A stretch of 60,482 nucleotides of DNA, counting the filler, from Sphacelaria rigidula (Eukaryota), in the NCBI GenBank assembly GCA_964200075.2. It is 7 parts of 7 records of this genome, joined end to end, with 100 filler letters (N's around TTAATTAATTAA, not from the genome) between each part and the next. Parts side by side here need not be neighbours in the genome. Positions count along the whole stretch, not along the records: positions 17,311 to 25,865 come from CAXNAA020010793.1; positions 25,966 to 34,520 come from CAXNAA020010794.1; positions 34,621 to 43,174 come from CAXNAA020010795.1; 4 more parts are not named here. The stretch is one strand, 5' to 3'. Shown piece by piece: positions 23,058-35,399 of the stretch. Every line of letters starts with the position of its first letter. The first letter of the stretch is position 1. The notes under the pieces were generated by a model. The model searched no databases. It saw nothing but the letters and a program-made list of their open reading frames with translations, and was not told where the DNA came from. A program made the position numbers and the translations under genes.

Positions 23058-25965
23058 GGTATCGGAGCGTAGGAAACTGATGAGGGAGCCTCCAATTACA
23101 TAGAACGATGTTTTCGTGAGATTGAGAGTGTAGTGGATACGATTGAGAAGGAAAAGGTCAACTAGTGATTTAATCGTTTCAGTTCCGAAATATCCCGCCG
23201 CGGGGTCCTCACCGAAGCAGCGGGCTAACTCACGGTTATTAACCTGTGAAGTACCGGCGCAGAGATGTTCCTGTGAAGTCAGTATTGCGCCAAAAGGAAA
23301 ACAAGTTTTTTTCGGAACAAAATCTTGACCGTTTTGCTCTCTAGTGCGTACTGCTGCAGCGCAGAGCACCAGATGAAGCGATTTTGAACTGTTGACTGTG
23401 GTTTGCACAGCCTATGAGCGATGTTTCAGCGCCTCGCAGCGGCTGCAGCGCGCTTAGGACCGTGCGCCATGAAGTGCGCAGCTATACAGACTGTATGCCG
23501 ATCGGTGCACTACAGATGGTCATGGTCCGGAAAGGGCTGCAGTACAGACCGGTGACAGTTTGCTATCGCATCGACCGCCCAGTCGCTCAACATATCTAAG
23601 TTTATGCATCTGCGCATGCATATATGCATTTGCCTGTAGTGCGACACTGGTAGACCTAAAGAAATGTACATACACAACAATAGGTACTCGATTTGACTTG
23701 GTTTCAGACTAAAGAAAGTTCTGAGAAAAATCATGATTTGGGGCAGGTGAGCAGTGGTGAGCAGCAGAACCAGGTCGTCTAGAACGTGTTTTGGTCCAAA
23801 ATCGGCTCAAAGGCGTCGATTTGAGCTCTCGCAACGCACGCTTCAGCTAAGAAACTGCATCCCCCTTGCCCGAGAGTTCTCGGTATGCCTTGGTAGATGT
23901 TAGTGCTAGGGTTAGCGTTAGAGTTGGTGGCATCTCCATGGTACCACCCATTGTTCACGTACATTTCTGCAAGTTCCCTCTGTGAAGTACTTGTGCAGGG
24001 ATGCATCCTTGTCACAAGGACATCTCTGTCACAAGGACGTTCCCGCGCCGGTACTTCACACAGGTGCATCCTTTGAGGGAACTCCCTGTTACGGGTTGCA
24101 TGACCACAAGGATTTGTCACCCCCCTGCGCTTGTCGAGCACAGCTGACCCACAGTGAGGACGTTTGCTCACGTGTGTGCCTTGTTCAATTCGCCAACGGC
24201 TCATTGTACGATCTTGTTTTTGCTGCTTGAAGAGGCTTATGTGGTTCGGGATCGACACCCCGTGATAAAGAGCCAGTGTGGACGACTTTCGATCGCCAGG
24301 ACACGCGCCACAGGTACCAGATGACACTCAAACCTGAAAAGTAATGTATCGCTGCACCTTTTTCGTGCACTGCAAAAGAAAGAGCGTGATGATATGCCTT
24401 GCCGCCTGAGGAACTCGGCAAAAGTGGTGAAAAAAGTGACATGATACATGTACATGAATATGATATGTATCAATATGGAATATCGATACGCTCGATAATT
24501 TGCCTCTTCTTTGTCACAATAGCTCAATTTCTCGAAACCGTTGTCACAGAGACGTAGGGGGGTGGTACATGGACGATTTTAACCAGAGGTCCAGAAAAAG
24601 GTTGCGCTCTTTCACATGAGCAGTCACCGCAGTGACCAACTTCCTCCTGTGTGTTTGGCGTTTCCGCAGTGTCAACAAGTGCACTTGCGACGATAGCTGT
24701 AGAGCGGTTGCACGATGTGCAAATGGATGCAGTATCTATTCGTAAAATAAAAGGCGGCAGAGTAGCCCCTGGTGCCTCGTGGGTTTGGTGATATGATTCA
24801 GCGGGGGTGTTCACCAACGGCAACACACGGGTGGCGTGGCGGAGTAGATATGAGGTCACGATCAATGCAAAGCTGCAGATAACAGTAGAAAACAGCTGTC
24901 CTTCGGAGTATGAGGAGATGATACTGTCGCTTCGCCTTCCCTGCATGTTTGATGAATGTTGGATTTGTTTTCCCCTCCATCCATTGGTTTGAACTTTCTA
25001 ATTGTTGCGATCTCAGGGGTTTTGTCTCCTTGGTGACATACAAATATATAGTTATGGCATCCAAAACTTGAAACTTGACGCATGCTGCCGACGTTTCCTG
25101 TTATTGGTAGTGAAAAACGTTGAAGACAAGAGCGCGCATTTGTTTTTTGTGCATGTTCGAGGTTTGACACGTTTTCTTTTCTAATGGATATGCAGAGTCG
25201 AGGAATGCGCCCATTCGATCGAAACACACGGAGAAGTGGCCGTAGAAATGAAAACAGTATAACCAATACCACACCCAGCCCGCTGTGATCAACCACCTCT
25301 TGCACGATGACGAGAGATATTCGTGAGACAGCTTCATCACCGCATGCCACCGCTGCTATGACGTCAATGTGCACACTACCCGCTGTTGTACATCATGTGT
25401 CCACTGCTGTCCACCGGACACTACCGTAGGTTGCTCGAGATACCACACCGTCAGGAGCGATTTCCAAAGCTCGATTACTTTCTCTCGACGAGATGGTTGC
25501 AACGCTGCCCCGTTCAGCGCTGGCATCGCTTCTGGTGAGGAGTAAGAGAGCTTTGAAAATCTTTCTAGGGGATGTGGTATATTATCACATCATATTTATT
25601 GCAGCCGTCGTACTACTGGTAAACTAGCATTTCCATCCCACTGTACTGTTGAATGCGGCAGTACACGCCATGTACTGTCTGTACTGCACGTCATCCAAAC
25701 AAATCATTTTCGGCAGCCGGTGGGTGCAGCTTGGCATGTGGATCCTTCTGTTCAATGAGGCAGTGCAGACAGTAGGGTACTGCCTGGTGTTGTCTGTATT
25801 GCACGTTGTCCACATATCTCACGTTGTACGCATCATTTTTACTACAGCCGTGCGTACTACTGTTGNNNNNNNNNNNNNNNNNNNNNNNNNNNNNNNNNNN
25901 NNNNNNNNNTTAATTAATTAANNNNNNNNNNNNNNNNNNNNNNNNNNNNNNNNNNNNNNNNNNNN

Positions 25966-26932
25966 TGCGACCTTTGATCTTGGCACTTGAACAGTAAGGG
26001 TTGGCTTGATGGAGCTTGGGGCGGGGTCGAGTGTGGGCAACCAGTCTTGGACGAAGCGCTGTACTGCGCGGCGAGGCCAAGGACGGGAGGAGCAGATCCG
26101 AACGAGGTGGTGAACGGGCTGTCTTCGGTGGCTGGGGCGATGAACTCCAAATCCAGAGAGGGTGACTAGTTCCGGAGAACTGTTGGGAGGTTCTGAACTG
26201 CCGTCGTTGCTTGTGTCGTGTAGAGTTGTAACAATGCTATAAAATGAGGTTCATCAATTAAATGAAGTTCGAGACCAAAACAATTATTTCTCCACACTTT
26301 CAGCGATGGTGCCCAATGACTTTCTTGTCGACCTAATGCCCCTCGATCGCGTAGATACTTCTTCAGCGCATTTTACCGACTCTGCGAGCTTACAGCGCTG
26401 TCCGAAACCGCCATTTCTACTTATTTTTTAGGGGGGTGATATCAGGGAAAACAGCGGTTTCGGTCAGCGCTGTAAGCTCACAGAGTCGGTAAAATGCGTC
26501 CAAAAAGTATCTACGCGATCGAGAGGTATTAGGCCGACAAGAAAGTCATTGGGCACCATCGCTGAAAGTGTGGAGAAAGTACTGTTTTGGGCTCGAACCA
26601 CATTCAATTGATGAACCTCATTTTATAGAATTGTCTGTTTTGTGCTTTGTGCTGCCTTTTTACGGCACAAAACACAACCCTACACTACCCAGAAAATGAC
26701 AGCAGAACCTCCCAACAGTTCTCCGGAAGCAGTCACTCTCGCGGAATTTGGGGTGCATCGCCCCAGCCATCGAAGAGGCCCCGTTCACCACCTCGTTGGG
26801 ATACGCTCCTTGCATCCTTTGCCTAGGCACGAAGCACGGCGTTTCGTTGAGTAATGATTACCCACAACCCGCCCCCGCCACAAGCTGCATCAAGCCGACC
26901 CTGACTTTCGAAGTTCCCAAAACGAAGGTCGC
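25966..26932. repeat. Long foldback inverted repeat (arms about 25966-26411 and 26454-26932)
   Basis: e.g. TTTCTCCACACTTTCAGCGATGGTGCCCAATGACTTTCTTGTCG vs CGACAAGAAAGTCATTGGGCACCATCGCTGAAAGTGTGGAGAAA; TTCCGGAGAACTGTTGGGAGGTTCTG vs CAGAACCTCCCAACAGTTCTCCGGAA. Confidence 0.9.
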
Positions 26933-27510
26933 GATATCGCCAGGCGTGTCGACGGGCATCAATTTCGCCGTGGCGGACATATCTTGGGCAGATGTTTTCC
27001 GTGTTGAACTTGCGTCCGCTCTTTTGGTGTTCGCCAAGTGACGCCCTTCACGGTCTACGATCGCCAGAGCTATCATGAGTTGTAGGCTGCGTGTGGGTTT
27101 GGTTGAACCCGAGTGTTTTGCTGAAGTGGTGGTTGAGCCGTCCTTCGATGTATCTCATTTTCTTGTTGGTAACAACGCGGCGTATGTCCTCTGTACTCAA
27201 CAATTTGCTGCTGCAGCCTTTGCGCCGACGAGTGTTATCGGGCAATCTTCCCTTCTTCGTCCTTCGACACGTTTGAGTGCTATATGATCGCTTATCTCGG
27301 TCTCCTACTGGAGGTTCACGTACAGCTTTTGCTTCTGCAGCCAACTACAACTGTCCCATCGTTATGATCAGTCAATAAAATATGCCGTTTTGCCGCACGT
27401 CCCATCGCCACAGGTTACACCAGTTGTACAGAAGAGAGTATTGTGAGAATATATGGTATTAAACATCGTGTCGACTTGACTATTTTGAAAACAATTGTCT
27501 GAAAATGCAG

Positions 27511-27587
27511 AGAATGCTGCGAGGGCTATAATTGGAGGCGGAGGGATACACCAGGAATATCTACATCAGCAAGAAACGCTGCGCGAC

Positions 27588-27637
<50 letters not shown>

Positions 27638-29507
27638 ACATCATCAACGGCAACAAGATCAAGAACAACAACAAGAACGTCAACAAGATCAAGAAAAAGA
27701 TCAAGAACAAGAAGAAAAAGAAGAGGAAGCGGAAGTAGAAGCAAGAGCAGAAGCAGAAGCAGAAGCAGAGGCAGAAAAGGAAGCAGGAGCAGGAGCAAGA
27801 GCAAAAGCAGAAGCAGAAGCAGAAGCAGAAGCAGAAGCAGAAGCAGAAGCAGAAGCAGGAGCAGGAGCAGAAGAAGAAAAGGAAGCAGGAGCAGGAGCAG
27901 AAGCAGCAGCAGAAGAAGAAGCAGGAGCAGCAGAAGAAGAAGAAGGAGGAAAAGGAGGAGGAGGAGAACAAGAAGAAGAAGAAGAAGAAGAAGAAGAAGA
28001 AGAACATGTTCAGCAGCGCGCCGCTACGCAAACACCGGCCTTACCTACCCTCGCTGCCAACGGAAGTGGCGGCAACAAAACTACCGGCAACGTCAAATTT
28101 ATGCCTCCACCCGGACTTCCACCCGCCAGGGATACCAGTGCCCCTGTGCAGCCGACTCCGGTGGGACTCGGCGGCGTCAGCAGGGAGACGGGTTATGAAA
28201 GACGGGCGCCAAGCGACAAGGCAGCGTCTGCTGCGTCACCGTCGCCGCCGCCTCCGTTAGCCAGCATCGAGGAGTTGCTCGTGTCGGTGGGGTACTTGTC
28301 GCTGCTGCCCAACTTCCTTGAGCAGGAGTTCGATGTTGAGTCTATCGCGCTCATGACGGACAAAGATTTCGAGGAGATTCGGGTGCGTGTTGTGGGGTAG
28401 GCGGGGGGGTGTTTGTTTGCTTTTCGACTACCCGCAGTCGAGTCGCTATACGTGGGTACGCAGAGTTTTGTTCACAACGTCCATGTGGGCTATCGTATGC
28501 CGATGTTTTTGCGACTACCGAGCTAGGGAGATTGCGCTACCTCCGGGAGACTTGATGTAACCTCCCGAGAAGATTGCAGCGCGCTTTTTCGACCTTCCTC
28601 AACGACCAGTTTGACTTTGGGACAAATCCGCGACTCGACAAAATATTCCACCACAGTGTATCAACATAGGAAATAGCCCCCCCCCCTCTCCGTCCTGATA
28701 GATTTGGAAACAGCTCGTTGATGGCTTCCTGTCATACTCGGCTTATAATGTACAACATCTACGGAGCAACCATTTTGTGCAAGACCCATCACTTATCTCA
28801 CCCCCCCTCCCCCCCCAAATTAACATATATACATGATGTATTACCACAGGTAGCCAAGGGTCCCCAGTTGAAGATTCAGCGTGCGTGTCGCGAGGCGGGG
28901 CTGTTGTCACACGAAAATACCCCCGCCGGCTACCCCGGATTGGCGTGGTCCCCCGCTGGCCCTACTAACTAGGGCACTTTGTCCAGTGACGGTGGTGAGG
29001 ACGCTAAAGGCGCCAAGGCGACTTGGGCGAGTACGAACGCCCCTGCCATCGATTGCCACGTATGCTTCGAGAGGCCGACCGAGGTGAGAGAGAGAGAAAA
29101 TCTGACTCGCAGTTCTTCTTCAAGGGAACTATATATATCCATTAGGTCTCCTCTCTATGTCATGATATCGCCGACATCCGGGTACACGTATCGGTCCAGC
29201 GAGAAGGCTTTCATTTTTTCTTAGTCATGGGAGAGCACACCAACAACGCCATTTCATATTCTTTCAAAGAACGGTTTGTCAGAGGATCCAACGCGCGACT
29301 ATCGCCATTCGTTTCTTTTGTGTGTGTGTGCGCGGGGAATTCGGCGAACTATGTCCAACCTGCTTTTTGTTGCGTGTATGAAATCAGGTGACGTTCGTGA
29401 AATGTGGACACAAGATTTGCTGCGAGAGGTGCGGAAAGAAGCGGGAAGGCAGACCATGCCCCATCTGCCGCAGGGTTATCCACTCTGTTGTCAACTTTTA
29501 TCAATAG
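27511..29507 (+). CDS. Partial spliced gene: polyQ and Glu-Ala low-complexity region, SAM domain, C-terminal RING-HC; in-frame TAG at 28970-28972 (pseudogene, error or readthrough). Exons 27511-28382, 28850-29083, 29388-29507
   Basis: SAM: LASIEELLVSVGYLSLLPNFLEQEFDVESIALMTDKDFEEIR|VAKGPQLKIQRAC; RING: CHVCFERPTE|VTFVKCGHKICCERCGKKREGRPCPICRRVI; both introns GT-AG phase 0. Confidence 0.85.
27591..28004 (+). repeat. Coding microsatellites (CAG)n, (GAAGCA)n, (GAA)n
   Basis: Direct read; encode polyQ, (EA)n and polyE. Confidence 0.95.
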
Positions 29508-29825
29508 CTTGGTTTCCTTTCTTCCTTTCAGGACACAACGTATTTTCATTGAAGACAACACTAGCACATTGAATATGATTGTTGAAGAGAACGTAGCGTA
29601 GATGATTTTTCTCGCACAACGAGGGCAGCTGACTTTTGGCGATTGACTTTCTGTCCTTGGATTCTGGAGATTTTAAGTGGGCTTCTGTGAACTTGCAGGA
29701 AAGAAGAGGGACCCTCAAAATAGTTTTGAGTGCTTCGACATGACTCACGCATGCCTTCAAAGTTGAGCGGCTAGATTAAAACGTTAGGAGCTGTAAGCAC
29801 TGATGGCTGAAACGACCCAATAGGC

Positions 29826-30375
29826 TGTATGTGTATGCTGTCTTCCCATTTATTCTGGACGCCGGTCTACACCTTTCGGTACCTGTGGGCGCATCAGTCG
29901 GGTGTCATATGGAGGGAATAGCTAATGTACTGGCAGGGGTCTCTCAGTATGAGTGCCAGGAGATACCATGGTGCCAACCCACCCAGCTCCCACGTGGGCA
30001 ACTTCACACAGACCTTTAGATATCCATCAAGAACAATCACAAGAAGGTTCATCCATGTTAGACGGCTGATTAAGAACTCACGTGTTTCATAGCCTCATGT
30101 TTTAGCTACAAGCAGCTCTCTTACTCAGTACAGCCGCAGGGCAGCTATAGGAGCAGAGCGTAGTGATGGCCCAGGGTAGACCACGGCAGGGGCAGTAACT
30201 GTTTGAGATGGGGCAACGCGGCCTGCGGCCGGGGCTGAACAACCCTAACTAATGACAGTAGTAAACGCAGTAACAATGCGTCACGGAATCCAGGGTCTAC
30301 GAGCAGACCCGCACAAATTATAGCTTGCGACGCCTCTGAGCTTCATCACACGGGGTCACACAGGAGAAAGGGCAC
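29826..30375 (-). mobile_element. 3' part of the SINE family, split by a ~430-bp insertion
   Basis: GTCTTCCCATTTATTCTGGACGCCGGTCT is the reverse complement of the SINE tail at 4094-4125 and 32500-32530; resumes CGGGGTCACACAGGAG at 30351. Confidence 0.65.
29915..30345 (+). repeat. ~430-bp interspersed repeat (second copy 41018-41432, opposite strand)
   Basis: Shared AGCTCCCACGTGGGCA, TTACTCAGTACAGCCGC, GAGCAGAGCGTAGTGATGGC, CCTAACTAATGACA, CAGGGTCTACGA.CAGACC. Confidence 0.85.
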
Positions 30376-32175
30376 CCTGCCGACTAAATAGTGGTCAAGC
30401 TTCAAACAAAACGTGTTCGATTGGAAGCGCTGTTTTCAGGTTTTTCGGTTGCGACGACTCATCACGGTTTCTGTTTGATCTCAAACTTTGGGTCGACACG
30501 AGCATCTGACCCAAGCTTCGAAAAACAAATGCAATCCACGACCAATTTCGACACGAGATCAGGGATCACCGGTCTTTGAGGGTCCTGCGCGTGTACAGCC
30601 CGCGGTTCTCGCTCAGATATTTTCGCTCAACCGGACCGATCCAGATCTTTATAATGAAGAACTATATTCCTTTAATTTGTCTATTTCCTCGATACTCATC
30701 GCGGTACAGCCGACGAAACGCATCGTTGAGCAATATATATATATATATATACGGTCAATAACTAGGTGAAAGGTTTCTATTATTTTGTGTCACTCAGACA
30801 ACACAAAATGGGTAGTGTGTCCTGAGGACAACCTGCTTCTTATTCTAACACTCTCGAGTGAAGGTGACAAATCATCTCCGAAAAAGTCGATTGAGTGAAT
30901 ATACCATGTTTTTAAAGTTCGACTACTGCATATACTACAACAAGGAACACAAGGAAAAGAATTTTCGAGCTGCAAAGTGACTCAACCCACATGCACGTAA
31001 AAACCCTCAGCACGAAGTAAAATCACTCGGTTGGCGTACCCATGCTGGTACTTCGCCACGCATTGCCAAGGAGAAATGCACCACACATACTGTACTACAG
31101 CTTGAATACAGCTTCATCGCCTAGACAAGGTAACAGTAGGGCACCCCCTAGACAATCATTTACCTCCATTGACAATCTTGACTCAACCGAATTACCACAC
31201 ACTCGTAGTCATCTCCCATATCAACCCAACGAGAGGTCATAATCCAGCACTTCCAAGACGACATCTGACGCAACAACAACCGAACCGGCGTTGGCTTGCC
31301 ACACCACAAGGACAACGCAAAGTGTGCGTACCCAAGACAGCAAAATTGGCACGCGTATGGCCGGGCACGACCGTCGCCAACAAGCAGCGAGCGAGCAGCT
31401 GTTGTGACCGCAAGGCATAATATCGGAAGGCAAAACAAAAGGGGGAGCAAATTACGAAAGCACGCACACAAACATGCACATCATACTACAGCTGCACGCT
31501 TGTACGCGACCAAAGAGGGAACGCAACACCAACTAGAAAACAAAATACTGTAAACGAACGTCACAAGCGTTATCGCACGCCCCCCGGACATGCTGGATAC
31601 CACTACCCGCCACTGCGCAGATCTAGCACTCATGCCTCGGTCGGGGTTAGTGTTACGCTTGGTGTAAGGGTTGCATGGTGGCATCGTTTTTATAGAACGA
31701 TAACCATTGTTTCTCATCATCTGGTATTCAGTCCTCCATTTTGCGTGGTATATCATGGAAAGCGAAAAACACTTCAAACTCCACCCAGATGCCCTCCACT
31801 CGCCCACTATTGCACTAACAACGCCGCCACTGACAAAATCTTACTGCCGTGGACTGTGGGTATTACTACAAAGGGAGCACATGGGACTGCCACCCCCTCT
31901 AAAGATCCGAATATCTGTGTTGACAGTTGAATCAAGTTACGACCGACCGTGGTTTCCGACCATTCGGCAATCTCTGATGGAAAAAGCTCGGGCAGTCAGT
32001 TTAACCCTTAGATGATGAGAATATAGAGTTTCGGAAGATTTTGTTTCTGATCATAGAGTCAGAGTGCAGAGTGGAATCGTCGAAACTTCAGAGTGGACCT
32101 CGAGTGGACGCTAAAAAGCTCATAGCCGAAGGTGATGTGACGTGGGTTGATGTGAAAAAAATCCCGCAGTGAGTG

Positions 32176-32552
32176 GCCGCCCCGGTGGCTCAGTTGGTAA
32201 CTTCGTAACCTTCTGATGGTTAAGTTGTGGGGTTCGATTCCCGGAGCGATCTGGGACTTTTTCTTATACCAACCTCAACAGCGGAGAGCGACGATGTCGT
32301 GGGAAGACAACATTGGACTTAACGGTCCTTCCTCGAGGGAAAGGGACTTCTGAACCCCTCTCGCGATAAAAAGTAAAAGGCAAGAACCGCAGAAGGAAGG
32401 TGGGATACTAATAACAAATAAAAAAGAAAAACAGCTCCTGTGTTGACCTTCGTCCTGTGTGATCCCGGCTGTGCCCGCATATCCCGAAAGGCGTACAGTA
32501 GACTGGCGCCGAGAATAAATGGGACGACAAGACATCACACAAACACACACAG
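32176..32552 (+). mobile_element. tRNA-derived SINE, copy 2
   Basis: GGCCGCCCCGGTGGCTCAGTTGGTAAC...GGTTCGATTCCCGGAGCGATCTGGGA plus a body homologous to 3790-4160. Confidence 0.8.
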
Positions 32553-32777
32553 TGATTGGCCGCAGGTTGTGCCGCCGAATGAATGTGCGATCGCCCATCG
32601 TGCAGTTAGGTGCAGTTTGAAAATGCACCAGCCTGCACAGAACTTACTGTACTAAACCCTGCGGCATCGTACACCACGCTTCATTGCACCTGTTGTACTT
32701 CTTCAATCCACCACGGTGCACCACAGGGTGCTGTAGTGCTATAGGGGTTGTGCAGTGTAGAGTACAGCCAGTGCACA

Positions 32778-33447
32778 CTACGAATCGTTCACACCGTCTT
32801 CTTAACAGCTGAGGCTGGCAAAAATGAGGAACTGCACCCAAAGCAACGGCGTGTATCCGCCGTGTATTTGAATGTTCGCTCTCAGCACAACCAAGCGGAT
32901 GCTGGTACCGTGGCAGCGCCAGGGAGGTCTTCTATTTGCGATGCAAAGCATTCCTACTTCGTGACTGGTCCATTGTGATGAGCATGACAGTTATGACTCT
33001 CTTCCCACTCTAACCCTGAATATTATACTGTACAGCGATACCGTACAGAGAGTCAGTTGTACAAACAAAGGTAGTACATACAGTACGGTACGCAGCACTT
33101 TCAAACAACAGCCGACCTCACCCGCATTGCGATGATTTCTCCACATGCCACCCATCACGGTGGTGCAAGACGTCATGATCTGTCACGGGATGGGAATACA
33201 GCCAGGTAGGTGTAGTACTGCTTGCGCGCTGTAGACTACGAACCGTTTCCACCGTCTTCTTCCAGCTGAGGCTGACAAGAGTGAGGAATTGCACCCAAGT
33301 CAACGTGTGCCCGTCGAGCATTGGAATGGAATATTCACGCAACACAACCAAGCGAATGCTGATACCATGGCGGCGTCAGGGAGGTCTTCTGATTGTTTTG
33401 CCAAGCTTTACTTCGTGAATGGCCCGTTGTGATGAGTATGTCAATTT
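32778..33447 (+). repeat. Diverged local direct duplication of ~215 bp (32778-32992 and 33236-33447)
   Basis: CTACGAA...CACCGTCTTCTT..CAGCTGAGGCTG...CACAACCAAGCG.ATGCTG...CAGGGAGGTCTTCT...TTGTGATGAG twice. Confidence 0.8.
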
Positions 33448-33709
33448 TGATAGATGATGAATGTCCCACTTTGCTTGTTAGGGTGTGTTGACTTTGGACT
33501 GGACGTGACGATGGCGGTGAAGGTGGGCGTGGTCCTTCTTCGTGCCGCTATGAGCTCTGAAGAGGAACAGCTGTTTTCAGAGTGAAGTGATGCAAACGAC
33601 CCACCGACTGAAAAAAACGCTCTGGAACAAACTTCATAGCGGAGAATTCACCGTTACCGGCTATTTTTCCTTCCAGTCTGACTCTATGATTTGAAAAAAC
33701 GTTTTCCGC

Positions 33710-34017
33710 AACTCTCTAAAATAGATCATACGTTAAATTGGCATCAAATTCACTTGAAAAAAAGTATGCATGATCGAGATGAACTTCCCTCGCGGTCAAA
33801 ACGTTAACCCTTAGACCGCGAGGGGAGTCCATCAGGACCATGCATACGGCTTTCAAGTGAAATCGGTGCCAGTTCAACAGATGACGTACACTCGTCGACA
33901 AAAGGTAAAAGTTGACTCTTTGACCGCGAGGATAGGTCACCTGCTGAATCCGCATCAATTTTCACTTGAAAAAAGTATGCGTGATCCAGATGGACTACCC
34001 ACACCGCGGTCCAAGGG
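33710..34017. mobile_element. Cluster of three ~100-bp piggyBac-like MITE monomers in alternating orientation
   Basis: ...CGCGGTCAAAACG|TTAA|CCCTTAGACCGCG (33804-33820) ... CGCGGTCCAAGGG (34017); internal sequence matches 8738-8841. Confidence 0.72.
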
Positions 34018-35399
34018 TCACCCTGACGACGATGCATTGACCACGATTGGTAGTGGAACAAGAATGCTTTTCAGCAATACGTCGTCATCAATCAACCCAA
34101 CAATGACTATATATAATTGGATTGCTAAGAGCTCTGGCCTGGTCTGCCAAGCGCTGTATCACAGTGTATCTCACTGTAAACATTTCCGCGTAAAGAACTC
34201 GAAAGTGGGCAATGCTGTTCGTCGTTTGTTGCTAGCATTCATTCGCTCGATTGATGGAGATTCTGCTGCAGAACAGCATAAAATACCAGTGGCCGCCCAC
34301 GGCTATACGCTGGTGGGTGAGATGTCACTGCTGATTATTGATTGATTGAATATCTCACACTAGCTGGTTGCAACACCATCCAGCCTGTGGTCAGGAGCAG
34401 CAAAAAGAAAACATCATTATAAAAGAAGAAAGAAAGGAACAGAAAAAGACGAAAGCAACGGCCTGTGACGCTAGCCAGCGCTAGAATGACAGCGTCAATA
34501 TGCTTGTTCGAGGGACTCCCNNNNNNNNNNNNNNNNNNNNNNNNNNNNNNNNNNNNNNNNNNNNTTAATTAATTAANNNNNNNNNNNNNNNNNNNNNNNN
34601 NNNNNNNNNNNNNNNNNNNNCTCTGACCCTTTTATCTGTATCCCTGGAAGCCAGTACAGCATCCGTTGCTTGGACCAACCATCGACGATGCCACACAACC
34701 GCCCGTTGGTGACGGAAGAGCCTAGCTTGATCCTGACACCAGACCCAAGATCGCAAAAGAACGGTGTTCCACAACCCCCCGCGTTACAAAAGATCGACGC
34801 GCTGTTAGTTTTGAGTCCAGTCAATGTGTCGATGCGGAGAGACTCGGAACCCATTTTTGGGGAGAAAGGGGCGTGGTCGTTGTGGCGTCCGTAAACGGCG
34901 AATGAGCGGGAAAAGAGCCGAATGTGTGGGCGCCATGGTTGAAGTTGGCGCGTAGACTTCCTTGCGCGCGATGTACCACATCAGGTACAGTGTAGAGAGC
35001 GATGGCCTAGCACAGGTACGTTCTCGGCCAATCGGTGGCCCAGATAAGGTACGATTGAAGAAGAAATCCTAGATCCGGTATACATAGGCGAAATTTGGCC
35101 TAGAAGAAGAAGGCGGCTTTTGGAGGCGACACGTCCGTTTTCGCGTGGCCGTATCTCGCGAGTAAGATGGTTATTCTCCGTTTTGTTTCGAGGCCCGGGT
35201 GCCAATGGTCCCCCCGAATGATTTGCGTGAAAACTTCGGAGCGAAAACGGTCAAAATGGCGTGTTTTGCAGTTAACGCGTTTCTGGTAAGTTTTCGTACC
35301 TTTCTTGGGCAAAAATCGAGAAGGTATACCATTTCTAGGACATTGCCCTATATTAAATCGACCAAAAAGAATCCGTCATAATATGTCATAATCCATCAA

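Noticed and set aside
27526-28031. Leu-, Phe/Cys- and Ser/Lys-rich ORFs
   Set aside because: Alternative-frame and antisense reads of coding microsatellites
1721-29507. Cluster of two RING-HC E3 ligase genes
   Set aside because: They are on different contigs joined artificially
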